Below are positions 1 to 8,191 of a stretch of 47,503 bases of DNA, in pieces. The position numbers and the translations under genes are program-made. Numbering within the stretch: position 1 is the stretch's first letter; the number at the start of each line of letters is the position of its first letter. The DNA comes from Candidatus Kapaibacterium sp. (GTDB taxonomy: Bacteria; Bacteroidota; Ignavibacteria; Kapaibacteriales; UBA2268), in contig JAPLFM010000220.1 of assembly GCA_026390675.1 (NCBI GenBank), forward strand, positions 8,527 through 56,029, read 5' to 3'. The notes beneath the pieces were generated by a model. That model had not been told where the DNA came from and did no database searches. It saw nothing but the letters and a program-made list of their open reading frames with translations.

Positions 1-627
1 TCCCAAACCAAAACTTAAACTGGTTTGGATTTTTAAATTATTAATTGGCTTATCTTGTATGTTTACCCATTCTCTAGGAAGTTTTGAATTAAGATAATCA
101 ACCGATAAATTTGGTGTAACTAATTTTTCAAACTGCGAGAATGAATTTTTAATTATATATCCAACATTTAAACCAAACATTATGTTAATACCTTTAATAA
201 GGTTTTTATTTATCAAAATGGGATGGAATTCTATATTTGAAATTTTGACTTCAGCTGAATGATCACTATAGACTTTAACAACTTTTGTATTTTCGTCATA
301 ACCATTGCCTATATATTCATTTGAACTAAATTTTGAGTTAAATGAATTGTATCCTAACCTTAATTGTAAATCGAGATTTGATGATATGTTTTGATTATAA
401 ATAAAACCTGTAGTGAAACCCGAAGAGCTACTGCTTCCAAAACTAGGGCAACAAGACTTGTAATCGGGAAATGAAGAGAAATTTGCTTGATTCTGAACTA
501 AATTATAGGATCCAAATATTCCAATTTTGGAAATCACTCTTTCTGAATTTTCAACTTCATTAGAGAAAGGAAACAAGTTGCTTGATAAGCTTAAAAATAC
601 AAATAAAATCAAAATTATTTTTTTCAA
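1..627 (-). CDS. Partial CDS (C-terminus outside the window): secreted, outer-membrane beta-barrel-like protein
   Basis: The minus-strand frame is open from the window edge to a TTG at 625-627; I checked all 209 codons and found no stop. The N-terminus (M)KKIILILFVFLSLSSNLFPF looks like a signal peptide. The rest is G/S/N/Y-rich, as in beta-barrel outer-membrane proteins. It is absent from the ORF track because it has no stop codon in the window. Confidence 0.55.
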   Translation of the reverse strand, partial: MKKIILILFVFLSLSSNLFPFSNEVENSERVISKIGIFGSYNLVQNQANFSSFPDYKSCCPSFGSSSSSGFTTGFIYNQNISSNLDLQLRLGYNSFNSKFSSNEYIGNGYDENTKVVKVYSDHSAEVKISNIEFHPILINKNLIKGINIMFGLNVGYIIKNSFSQFEKLVTPNLSVDYLNSKLPREWVNIQDKPINNLKIQTSLSFGLG

Positions 628-798
628 TGTTTTCCCTAAATGAACCTCTAAGAATTACCTAATTTACAAATATAAAAATAAATAATACGATAATTTTTTA
701 TTCTAACATAGAAATTGACTGAGTAGATTAATATCATCCAATATTGTTAAAATTCACAATAAATTTTAATGTCAATTAAATTCAGAAACAAAGTAATT

Positions 799-816
799 TC
801 GGCAAAGCATTTGCAA
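799..816 (+). promoter_or_regulatory. Candidate sigma-54 (-24/-12) promoter upstream of fliH
   Basis: The sequence tcGGCAAagcatTTGCAat has GG at 801-802 and GC at 813-814, exactly 10 nt apart. It fits TGGCAC-N5-TTGCA with two mismatches in the -24 hexamer. It lies about 135 nt upstream of the fliH ATG. Confidence 0.35.
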
Positions 817-949
817 TAAGTAAGAATAATATGCGTAAATAGTAAAAAACTAAGTAAAATCAATAGATTTTGGTTATTTTTTTATTACTTTGGCTATTAT
901 TATTCCTAAAGTATTTTCTCAATTTAGAATTAAAATAAGAACAAAGTAA

Positions 950-2188
950 ATGTCTGTAATATTAGTAAAATTACCTCAAAGAAAAAGAAATCGAATTCAA
1001 ATTATTCGAGATGATAAACTAATTGTAATAGAAAAAATAGCTAGAGAAGAGAAACTAGGTATAATCAAGGAAATTATTGCAAAGGCAATAGAACCTGAAA
1101 TAATAGAACCTGAAATAGTAGAACCCGAGATAGAAGTATATAAAGAACCTGAGCCAATAAAATTTACTCAAGAGTTTATATTTTCTAGTAGCAACCAACC
1201 AATAGTTATCTCATTGAATAATATTCCTGAACCAGCTTTACCAGTTAGAGTTGTAAAAGAAGAGATTCAAAAAAGTTATGATAGAGGTATGCAAGATGGT
1301 CAAATTCAGGCAAAAGCTATATTCCAAACTGAAATTGATAAGTATAATCAATGGATTACTAGATTTGATACAATTGCTGAAGATTTAAAATCAGAACATC
1401 ATATTGCGTTAAAAAAATTGGAAGAGTCTGTTGTATCAATTTCTTTGCTGATAGCACAGCATATAATTGGTAGGCAAGCTAGTGAGGATTCAAATTTAGT
1501 TTTGGAACTTGTGCGTAAAGCGATTTCATCTTTGGAAAATGACTTTGTATATAAAATTCACGTTCACCCCGATTCAGTTCATATTTTAGAAGCAGTTAAA
1601 AGCACTCTTTTAGATGACAAAGAAGTCTCAAATAAAATTGTTATAACTTCAGATACATCAGTAGATTTAGGTGGTTGTGTATTGGAAACTTCAGCGGGAA
1701 TGATTGATGCGAGGATTAGTTCACAATTAGAAATGCTTAAAAAACCATTAATAGGGTCTATAAACGAAATAGCCGAAAAAGAAAATAGTGACGAACTCGA
1801 AGAAATAGAAGATATAGAACTTGCTAGACTTAAAGATGCCGAAGATGAGAGCATGGAAGAAATGAAACGATTATGGGCTGATGAATTTGAAGATGAAGAT
1901 TTCGAAAATCAAAAGTATGATGATACAGATTTAGAAAATGTAAACAATGAAGAAGAAAATGAAATATCAGAAATGGAATCAAAAGAAGAAGCTATCTTAA
2001 ATGATGATTTTGATATTTTGGAAGATAACAATAACGTAGAAGAATTAGAGAAAACTGACAATTTTGATTTATATGGTGAATTAGACTTTATTGATAAAAA
2101 TATTGAATCGGTTGATAGTGGTTTGAATGATTTAAACAATGATAATATTGATTTTTCTGATGATGATTTTAAAATAGAAGATAATTAA
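950..2188 (+). CDS. fliH: Flagellar assembly protein FliH with EPEI repeats and a long acidic C-terminal extension
   Basis: Its stop overlaps the fliI start (ATAATTAATG at 2185-2190). The core, LLIAQHIIGRQ...KIHVHPDSV...GGCVLETSAGMIDARISSQLEMLKK, looks like the FliH/T3SS stator domain. At 412 aa it is much longer than a typical FliH. Confidence 0.8.
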   Translation: MSVILVKLPQRKRNRIQIIRDDKLIVIEKIAREEKLGIIKEIIAKAIEPEIIEPEIVEPEIEVYKEPEPIKFTQEFIFSSSNQPIVISLNNIPEPALPVRVVKEEIQKSYDRGMQDGQIQAKAIFQTEIDKYNQWITRFDTIAEDLKSEHHIALKKLEESVVSISLLIAQHIIGRQASEDSNLVLELVRKAISSLENDFVYKIHVHPDSVHILEAVKSTLLDDKEVSNKIVITSDTSVDLGGCVLETSAGMIDARISSQLEMLKKPLIGSINEIAEKENSDELEEIEDIELARLKDAEDESMEEMKRLWADEFEDEDFENQKYDDTDLENVNNEEENEISEMESKEEAILNDDFDILEDNNNVEELEKTDNFDLYGELDFIDKNIESVDSGLNDLNNDNIDFSDDDFKIEDN

Positions 2189-3513
2189 TGGTAAATCCAG
2201 ATATATTAAATTTGAAGTTTCAGAAAGTATTGGATAAAACTAATACATTGCAAATGAGTGGCAAACTAACCAAAGTTGTAGGTTTGGTATTAGAAAGCAA
2301 TGGACCTAAAGCACCAATAGGTGAAATATGTGTGCTTAGAGATAGGAGCGGAAAGGAAGTTAGCCGTTCTGAGGTAGTAGGATTTAAAGATGAAAACAGA
2401 ATCTTATCAATGGTTTTAGGTGAGCTAAATGATATTTCACCTGGAATGGAAATAAGAGCAACAGGCGAAGCGCTAAGTGTAAATGTTGGTAATTCATTAA
2501 TTGGAAGAGTATTAGATGGTATGGGTGTACCAATGGATGAGAAAGGTCCATTATTGAATACTACAAAAAGATCAATATATTCTACTCCACCTAATCCACT
2601 TTCACGTTCTAGAATTAAAGAACCAATTACAACTGGAGTTAGAGCATTGGATGCAATGTTGACTATCGGTAAAGGTCAAAGGATGGGTATATTTGCTGGT
2701 TCTGGAGTTGGTAAATCTACTCTTTTAGGTATGATAGCTCGAAATACATCAGCAGATATAAATGTAATTGCTTTGATTGGTGAGCGTGGTAGAGAGGTTA
2801 AGGAATTTATAGAAAAAGATTTGGGTGACGAAGGATTGAGAAAATCAATTGTTATTGTAGCTACAAGTGATAAGCCTTCTTTAGTAAGAGTAAAGGCTGC
2901 TCTAGTTGCAACTACTATTGCTGAATACTTTCGAGACAAAGGGTTAGATGTAATGCTAATGATGGATTCTGCAACTAGGCTTGCAATGGCTCAAAGAGAA
3001 GTTGGGCTTGCAATTGGCGAACCTCCAACAACTAAAGGGTATACCCCATCAGTATTTAGCTTATTGCAAAAAACATTAGAGAGAGCCGGTACTTCTGACA
3101 AAGGTTCTATTACTGGACTATATACAGTATTGGTTGAAGGTGATGATTTTAACGAACCTGTATCTGATACTGTAAGAGGTATATTAGATGGTCATATTAT
3201 TTTAAGTAGAAAACTTGGTGCAATGGGGCATTATCCAGCAATTGATGTGCTTGAAAGCATTAGTAGGGTAATGAGAGATGTGGTTACAAAACAGCATACT
3301 CAAGCGGCTTTAAATTTAAGGCAATTGATGGCAACTTACCGAGGGGCAGAAGATTTGATAAGTGTTGGTGCATATCAGCAAGGAACAAATAATGATATTG
3401 ATAGATCTATTAATTTAAATAAAACAATTAATAATTTCTTGAGACAAGATGTTGATGAACAAGTTACCTTTGATGATGCTTTAGAAGGTTTGATTAATAT
3501 AGCAAATTCTTAA
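2188..3513 (+). CDS. fliI: Flagellum-specific export ATPase FliI
   Basis: It has a Walker A motif (GSGVGKST) and a Walker B region (VMLMMDSATR), plus the F1/T3SS ATPase signature YPAIDVLESISR. It sits between fliH and fliJ. Confidence 0.95.
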   Translation: MVNPDILNLKFQKVLDKTNTLQMSGKLTKVVGLVLESNGPKAPIGEICVLRDRSGKEVSRSEVVGFKDENRILSMVLGELNDISPGMEIRATGEALSVNVGNSLIGRVLDGMGVPMDEKGPLLNTTKRSIYSTPPNPLSRSRIKEPITTGVRALDAMLTIGKGQRMGIFAGSGVGKSTLLGMIARNTSADINVIALIGERGREVKEFIEKDLGDEGLRKSIVIVATSDKPSLVRVKAALVATTIAEYFRDKGLDVMLMMDSATRLAMAQREVGLAIGEPPTTKGYTPSVFSLLQKTLERAGTSDKGSITGLYTVLVEGDDFNEPVSDTVRGILDGHIILSRKLGAMGHYPAIDVLESISRVMRDVVTKQHTQAALNLRQLMATYRGAEDLISVGAYQQGTNNDIDRSINLNKTINNFLRQDVDEQVTFDDALEGLINIANS

Positions 3514-3530
3514 TATTTATAATTGAAAAA

Positions 3531-3974
3531 ATGGCAAAAAGATTTTCATTTAGATTAGAATCTGTTTTAAAGATTCGAACTCATAAAGCTGAACTTGCAA
3601 AGGAAGAGCTGAATAAAGTTATTGCTTATAAATTAGAAAAAGAAAGAAAAAAAGACAATTTCATAGTTGAAATCAAAACAACAATACAAAAATCTAAACG
3701 CACTTCAATAGCTGATTTCCAAGCTAATTATCAATACAAATCTTTCCTTGAAGAAGAAATAAAGAAACTTGAAGGTGAAATATTACGAATATTAGAAATA
3801 GAAGTAATTAGGCGAACTGCTCTTGCAGAAGCTTTAAAAGATCAAAAAGTGATTGAGAAATTAAAGGAAAAAAAACAAGAAGATTATCGATTGGAAATGA
3901 ACCAATTAGATGCAATCTTTTTTGATGAACTTGCTATAAATAGATTTGACAAAGTAGAAACATATTTTAGGTAA
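3531..3974 (+). CDS. fliJ: Flagellar export chaperone FliJ
   Basis: It is a 147-aa K/E-rich coiled-coil protein immediately downstream of fliI, which is the size and position expected for FliJ. Confidence 0.7.
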   Translation: MAKRFSFRLESVLKIRTHKAELAKEELNKVIAYKLEKERKKDNFIVEIKTTIQKSKRTSIADFQANYQYKSFLEEEIKKLEGEILRILEIEVIRRTALAEALKDQKVIEKLKEKKQEDYRLEMNQLDAIFFDELAINRFDKVETYFR

Positions 3975-4025
3975 TTTGTTTTTATTGTATCCAAAGGGAT
4001 ATAAGGTTTGAAGTAACAAAACATT

Positions 4026-4711
4026 TTATAAGTTCTTATTATACCTAGTGAAATAAGCATCTATTTCTGGTCTTAATTCTTGTCCAATTCTTTCAAATAC
4101 ATCAAGTAGATTAGTATAAGCACCTTCACCGCCTAAGAAATCCCAAAATTCTTCAGCAACTTTAAGTCTGGATTTGTTGCAAGTGTTGTTGCTACCCATT
4201 CAAGTAGAGTACGTTTGAATTCTTTAAATCCACCTGCGTTGGGTTTTGCTGTTTTAATATCACAAAGATAAATTGTGTTATCATGTCCAATTAGTTTAAT
4301 ATCAACTTTTGTTGGTTTTACTATTTTCATTTCACCTTTTTGACATACTTCTCTAATTGATTCTATTTCTCTTGCTTTATTCGGTAAAGTGGAAGCAACA
4401 GATAAATTATCCATAATGTTCTGAATAGCTTTATGTGCTTCTGAAGAAATTTCAGTTCCAGCAATTTGTTGAGATTTTGCTTCTTTAAATCTTGTTTCAG
4501 CTAATGCCTTTGCAACAGGTTCAAAAATACTTGTCCCAAAGTTTGTATTTAAAGAATGAATAAAAGAAAACAAAGCCATTCTATCTTTACCCAAAAGTCT
4601 ATTATGAAAAGGCATAACAGCAGGTTCAGGTTTATAGTTCTGAAACTTATTTCTTAATGCTTTTCTTAAAACTTCTTCAATTTGTAATATTTGAGTGTTA
4701 GTTAGGGACAT
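4026..4711 (-). pseudogene. TdeIII-like PD-(D/E)XK type II restriction endonuclease, split by one frameshift
   Basis: The first frame (4133-4711) reads MPFHNRLLGKDRMALFSFIHSLNTNFGTSIFEPVA...VDIKLIGHDNTIYLCDIKTAK, a D...(D/E)xK nuclease core, and ends at TAG 4133-4135. A second frame, open over 4026-4199, continues KVAEEFWDFLGGEGAYTNLLDVFERIGQELRPEIDAYFTRYNKNL*. The whole span is 686 nt, which is not a multiple of 3. The TdeIII family assignment is from memory. Confidence 0.6.
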
Positions 4712-6449
4712 TTAGCTCTTGAATTAATCTTTCTGTTTTTGGGTTTGAGTATAATCCTCTTCTTTCAAATAAGTAATCTTTACTATTTAATAGATTGACA
4801 GTTTCTGAAAAAATAGTTATTGCTTTATTAGAATCACCTAAATAATTTATTTTTTCATCTATTGAAATACAATTTTTCTTTTCTAAAAGTATATCACAAG
4901 CCATTAAAATATGCATATCCATAGTTTTAGATTTCATAAAAAAGCTTCTATTTACAGATAAATTATTAAACCAGTATGACAATACTCCACAATAATAGTA
5001 TAGATTTTCTTGATTTGTACTATTAAATATTTTGCCTTCTCTTTGAAACTTCTCAATTACTGAAATTGCATTGCTTTTCATTTCATGAGGTTTTCTCAGA
5101 ATAACAGAAATATAAACTCTAGCTAATGTTTCAATATTAACTCTGCTATAAGGTGGGTTAACATTCGAATGTTGTCCTCTAAGTCTTTCAAAATACAATT
5201 TAAAATCATTTTCTTCTTTACCTAAAAAATATGTTTCAATTCTTTCATGAAATTCATTAAGAGATTGTAAATCTTTATCAATAGAGTTTTGATTATTTGC
5301 TGCATAAATAATCATTTTCTTCAAAATATTATTGTCAGTAGATATTATTTTAGCAACTATTTCAATATCATCAATATTGTCTTTTTCAGCAGATTCTTTA
5401 TATTTCTTAAATAACTCATTTGTTGTTTGACAACCATTTATTATCCTTGGAAAAGTTAGAGTAAATTCTTTGTCTCTTACAGGGTGTCTTTCTATTTTGT
5501 CACAAATAATTGCAAGTCCATTATTTAAAAAAGGAAAATAATTTCTTTCAGTAACAGTGTCTAAAGTCTTTTTTATGTCTAAATTTACTGGAGTAGGTCC
5601 TATGTAATTTCTTACATTTTCAATGAATAATTTTTCCTTTAAGTTTTTATCAGATGTCAAAATTAATTTTTTTAATTCTGAAAACTTTACAATTGCTAAA
5701 AGGCTTAACTCAACATTGTCAACTGATGATAAATGAATGCTATTTTCAAACTTAATTTGAATAGTATGTAATTTAGAAATTTTTTCATATTCATTTTTAA
5801 CTTCATCTTTTTGTAAAAATGAAATTTTATCTAATTCAAATTTGTTTTCAATTTCATTTCTCGAATTAATTTTTGTCTTTTCTGAATTTATTGTATTTTC
5901 TAAAATATTATGTGATGTTCTTGCTGAAAGAAAAAATAATGAAATATGAGGTGTTTCTTCAATTCTATCAATAAAGTTTCCAGAGTCATCAAGTAATTTT
6001 TTGTAAATTGTAGAATATGGCTCAATATCGACTGCACCTGTTAAAAATTTTACAACTCCATCAGTAAATGAACTAAATTTTTGTTCATCAAAACTTTTTT
6101 GAGTTGTAGATTGTATAAATCCAATTTTAATCTTAATTGGTTCTGTTGGCCCGAATATTCCTAAATCAGCTTCTTCTGAAACTAATCGGTTATTAACATT
6201 TATAACTATACCATCAATACCCTGTGCTTTATTTGTAGAAACAGATTTAACATTATCAAGTTCTTCTTCTAAGAAATTAGATGCAATTACATAATTCCCG
6301 AAGTCTTCAAATATGTCATCATCGTTTCCAGCTATAATTTTCTTCTTTCCATTTTCTTCTATATCAGTATCTGGTTTTCTTATAATATTAAATTTAGAAC
6401 AGAATTCATTAATTTTTGAATTTAATCCAATGTCAAATTTTTGTGCCAT
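4698..6449 (-). CDS. AIPR-family abortive-infection protein
   Basis: The C-terminal half carries AIPR-like blocks: ENVRNYIGPTPVNLDIKKTL, FLNNGLAIICDKIE and IINGCQTTNELF. The gene starts 5 nt after the methyltransferase stop, and its 3' end overlaps the endonuclease start by 14 nt. Confidence 0.7.
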   Translation of the reverse strand: MAQKFDIGLNSKINEFCSKFNIIRKPDTDIEENGKKKIIAGNDDDIFEDFGNYVIASNFLEEELDNVKSVSTNKAQGIDGIVINVNNRLVSEEADLGIFGPTEPIKIKIGFIQSTTQKSFDEQKFSSFTDGVVKFLTGAVDIEPYSTIYKKLLDDSGNFIDRIEETPHISLFFLSARTSHNILENTINSEKTKINSRNEIENKFELDKISFLQKDEVKNEYEKISKLHTIQIKFENSIHLSSVDNVELSLLAIVKFSELKKLILTSDKNLKEKLFIENVRNYIGPTPVNLDIKKTLDTVTERNYFPFLNNGLAIICDKIERHPVRDKEFTLTFPRIINGCQTTNELFKKYKESAEKDNIDDIEIVAKIISTDNNILKKMIIYAANNQNSIDKDLQSLNEFHERIETYFLGKEENDFKLYFERLRGQHSNVNPPYSRVNIETLARVYISVILRKPHEMKSNAISVIEKFQREGKIFNSTNQENLYYYCGVLSYWFNNLSVNRSFFMKSKTMDMHILMACDILLEKKNCISIDEKINYLGDSNKAITIFSETVNLLNSKDYLFERRGLYSNPKTERLIQELNVPN

Positions 6450-6454
6450 AAAAT

Positions 6455-8032
6455 CTACTTCCTCTTCAAATGAAAAATGATTTCCGAATATGCACCTTTG
6501 TCTTTTTCAGTGCGGTTTAATACTGGGCGTTTATGCTGGTTTACTATTTGCATTCCAGCATTTTCAGCAATAGTTGGGTACATATTATATTTATCATTTG
6601 CTACTAAAAAAATATCAAAATCATCAACTAAGTATTTTTTTGCATTATTAAGTACATCACTCAAACCTTGAATATAGCTTTGCTTGGCTTCTTTTCCCTG
6701 ACCTTTGTAAAGGGGTCCTATCTCCAAATCATCTTTTCTTTCAAAGCCAAATAAATCATAAGCATAAGCATGCTGTTCGTGATAGTCTATTAAGCCAACG
6801 TAAGGAGGGGAAGAAAATATCCCTTTGATTTTTTGTTCTTTAACCAAATTTGCAAACTTTGGATTTTTCTTTACTAATTCTTCTATTATATCAATATTTC
6901 TGCTATCACCAGTCAAACAAGTATGAAAAGTGCTTTGTTTTAGTTTGTCATATTGCACTAGCCTTTTCAATGTATCTTTAGAGTAAGACTCCCACCATTT
7001 CAAAATTGAAAAAATAGGTTTGCACATTTTCCCATGTTTACTACAATAATATGTAGTAGTAATTGGTTCTAATAAAGTTGCCAAATCAGCATGAGTTGTT
7101 GCTCTACAGCTTCTAATAGTTCGACTTAGAATTAAACTTATAATTTTTTTAGTTTTAGGATTTTCGATTTTTTTTATTTCTTCAAATACAAACTCAATCT
7201 CATTTCTAACATGTTGTGAATACCATTTGTCTAAAAATGAATTAGACTCATCTTGTTTTAGTTTAATATTAAATTCTTTTACTAAACTGTTATAAATTGT
7301 TAAAAATTCAGTTTCTTTTTTACTCCCATATTTTTTTTCATCAATTTCTTTTCTCTTCACTTTATATTTATAATCTGGTACAGGAAAAAACTTTCCATTA
7401 AATAAATTTAGCTCTTTAAGTAATGTATTTTCAAATTCAATAGTATGTGAGTTTAATAAAAATGATTTCAGAGACTTAGTTATTCTTGTTATTTCACTTT
7501 GTACATCAATCAAATCATATTTAGTTACTTTACAATTCCCAATAAAAGCATTAAAAGCTGAAACATCAATACCAATTGCATTTATTCCAAGTTCGCAAGC
7601 CTGTATCATTGTAGTCCCACTTCCAGAAAATGGATCTAAAACAATATCTCCTTTTTTAAAATAAGTTTCTTTCTTAAATTTATCAGTATGCTCGTCTAAA
7701 AAATATTCAACTAATTGAGGTATGAATTTGCCTTTGTACGGATGTAATCTATGTACATGTTTAGTAGTTTCAGCTTCTTTATATTGCTCAAAAGATAAAG
7801 CCCAATTCAAATCACTTCCTAACTGTTCTTTCCATGAATTTTCTCTTGTACTTACTTGTTCTTTATAATAATCAGCCAACTCAGATTTAATAATTTGAGT
7901 ATGACCATTCTCACCTATTTTCTTGATTCTACCATATTGAACTAAATAAGAAATGTTAGATGTGGTAACATTTTTATCTAAATAATGGCTTGCCCATTCG
8001 CTTGCTTCTTTTATTGAAAGTAATTCAATCAT
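6455..8032 (-). CDS. N4/N6 DNA methyltransferase (PF01555-like) with motif order X-I...IV and an N-terminal HTH-like segment
   Basis: HRLHPYKGKFIPQLV followed by VLDPFSGSGTT (aa 133-141, nt 7610-7636) forms the SAM-binding motifs X and I. SPPY (aa 408-411, nt 6800-6811) is catalytic motif IV. About 265 aa separate the two. Confidence 0.85.
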   Translation of the reverse strand: MIELLSIKEASEWASHYLDKNVTTSNISYLVQYGRIKKIGENGHTQIIKSELADYYKEQVSTRENSWKEQLGSDLNWALSFEQYKEAETTKHVHRLHPYKGKFIPQLVEYFLDEHTDKFKKETYFKKGDIVLDPFSGSGTTMIQACELGINAIGIDVSAFNAFIGNCKVTKYDLIDVQSEITRITKSLKSFLLNSHTIEFENTLLKELNLFNGKFFPVPDYKYKVKRKEIDEKKYGSKKETEFLTIYNSLVKEFNIKLKQDESNSFLDKWYSQHVRNEIEFVFEEIKKIENPKTKKIISLILSRTIRSCRATTHADLATLLEPITTTYYCSKHGKMCKPIFSILKWWESYSKDTLKRLVQYDKLKQSTFHTCLTGDSRNIDIIEELVKKNPKFANLVKEQKIKGIFSSPPYVGLIDYHEQHAYAYDLFGFERKDDLEIGPLYKGQGKEAKQSYIQGLSDVLNNAKKYLVDDFDIFLVANDKYNMYPTIAENAGMQIVNQHKRPVLNRTEKDKGAYSEIIFHLKRK

Positions 8033-8075
8033 ATTGATTTTTTAATATTTTTTTTATTTTGCTTTATATTTATCA

Positions 8076-8083
8076 CAAACATA
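8076..8083 (-). promoter_or_regulatory. Candidate Bacteroidetes-type -7 box (TATGTTTG) for the M-AIPR-R operon
   Basis: The minus strand reads TATGTTTG, matching TAnnTTTG, about 44 nt upstream of the methyltransferase ATG at 8032. Confidence 0.25.
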
Positions 8084-8191
8084 CAAAAAAAATGCTGAAA
8101 CATTTAATTTTAATAATTTGTGTTTTCAACTAATACAAATGTAAATTCATTCACGACATATATTTGAGTATAGTTTTCAAAATCATATTTT

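Noticed and set aside
4026-4199. A 58-codon ORF starting at ATG 4197-4199, considered as an independent small gene downstream of the nuclease.
   Set aside because: Its first ~12 codons overlap the nuclease frame. The remainder reads as the natural C-terminus of the same protein, so a frameshifted fragment is the better explanation.
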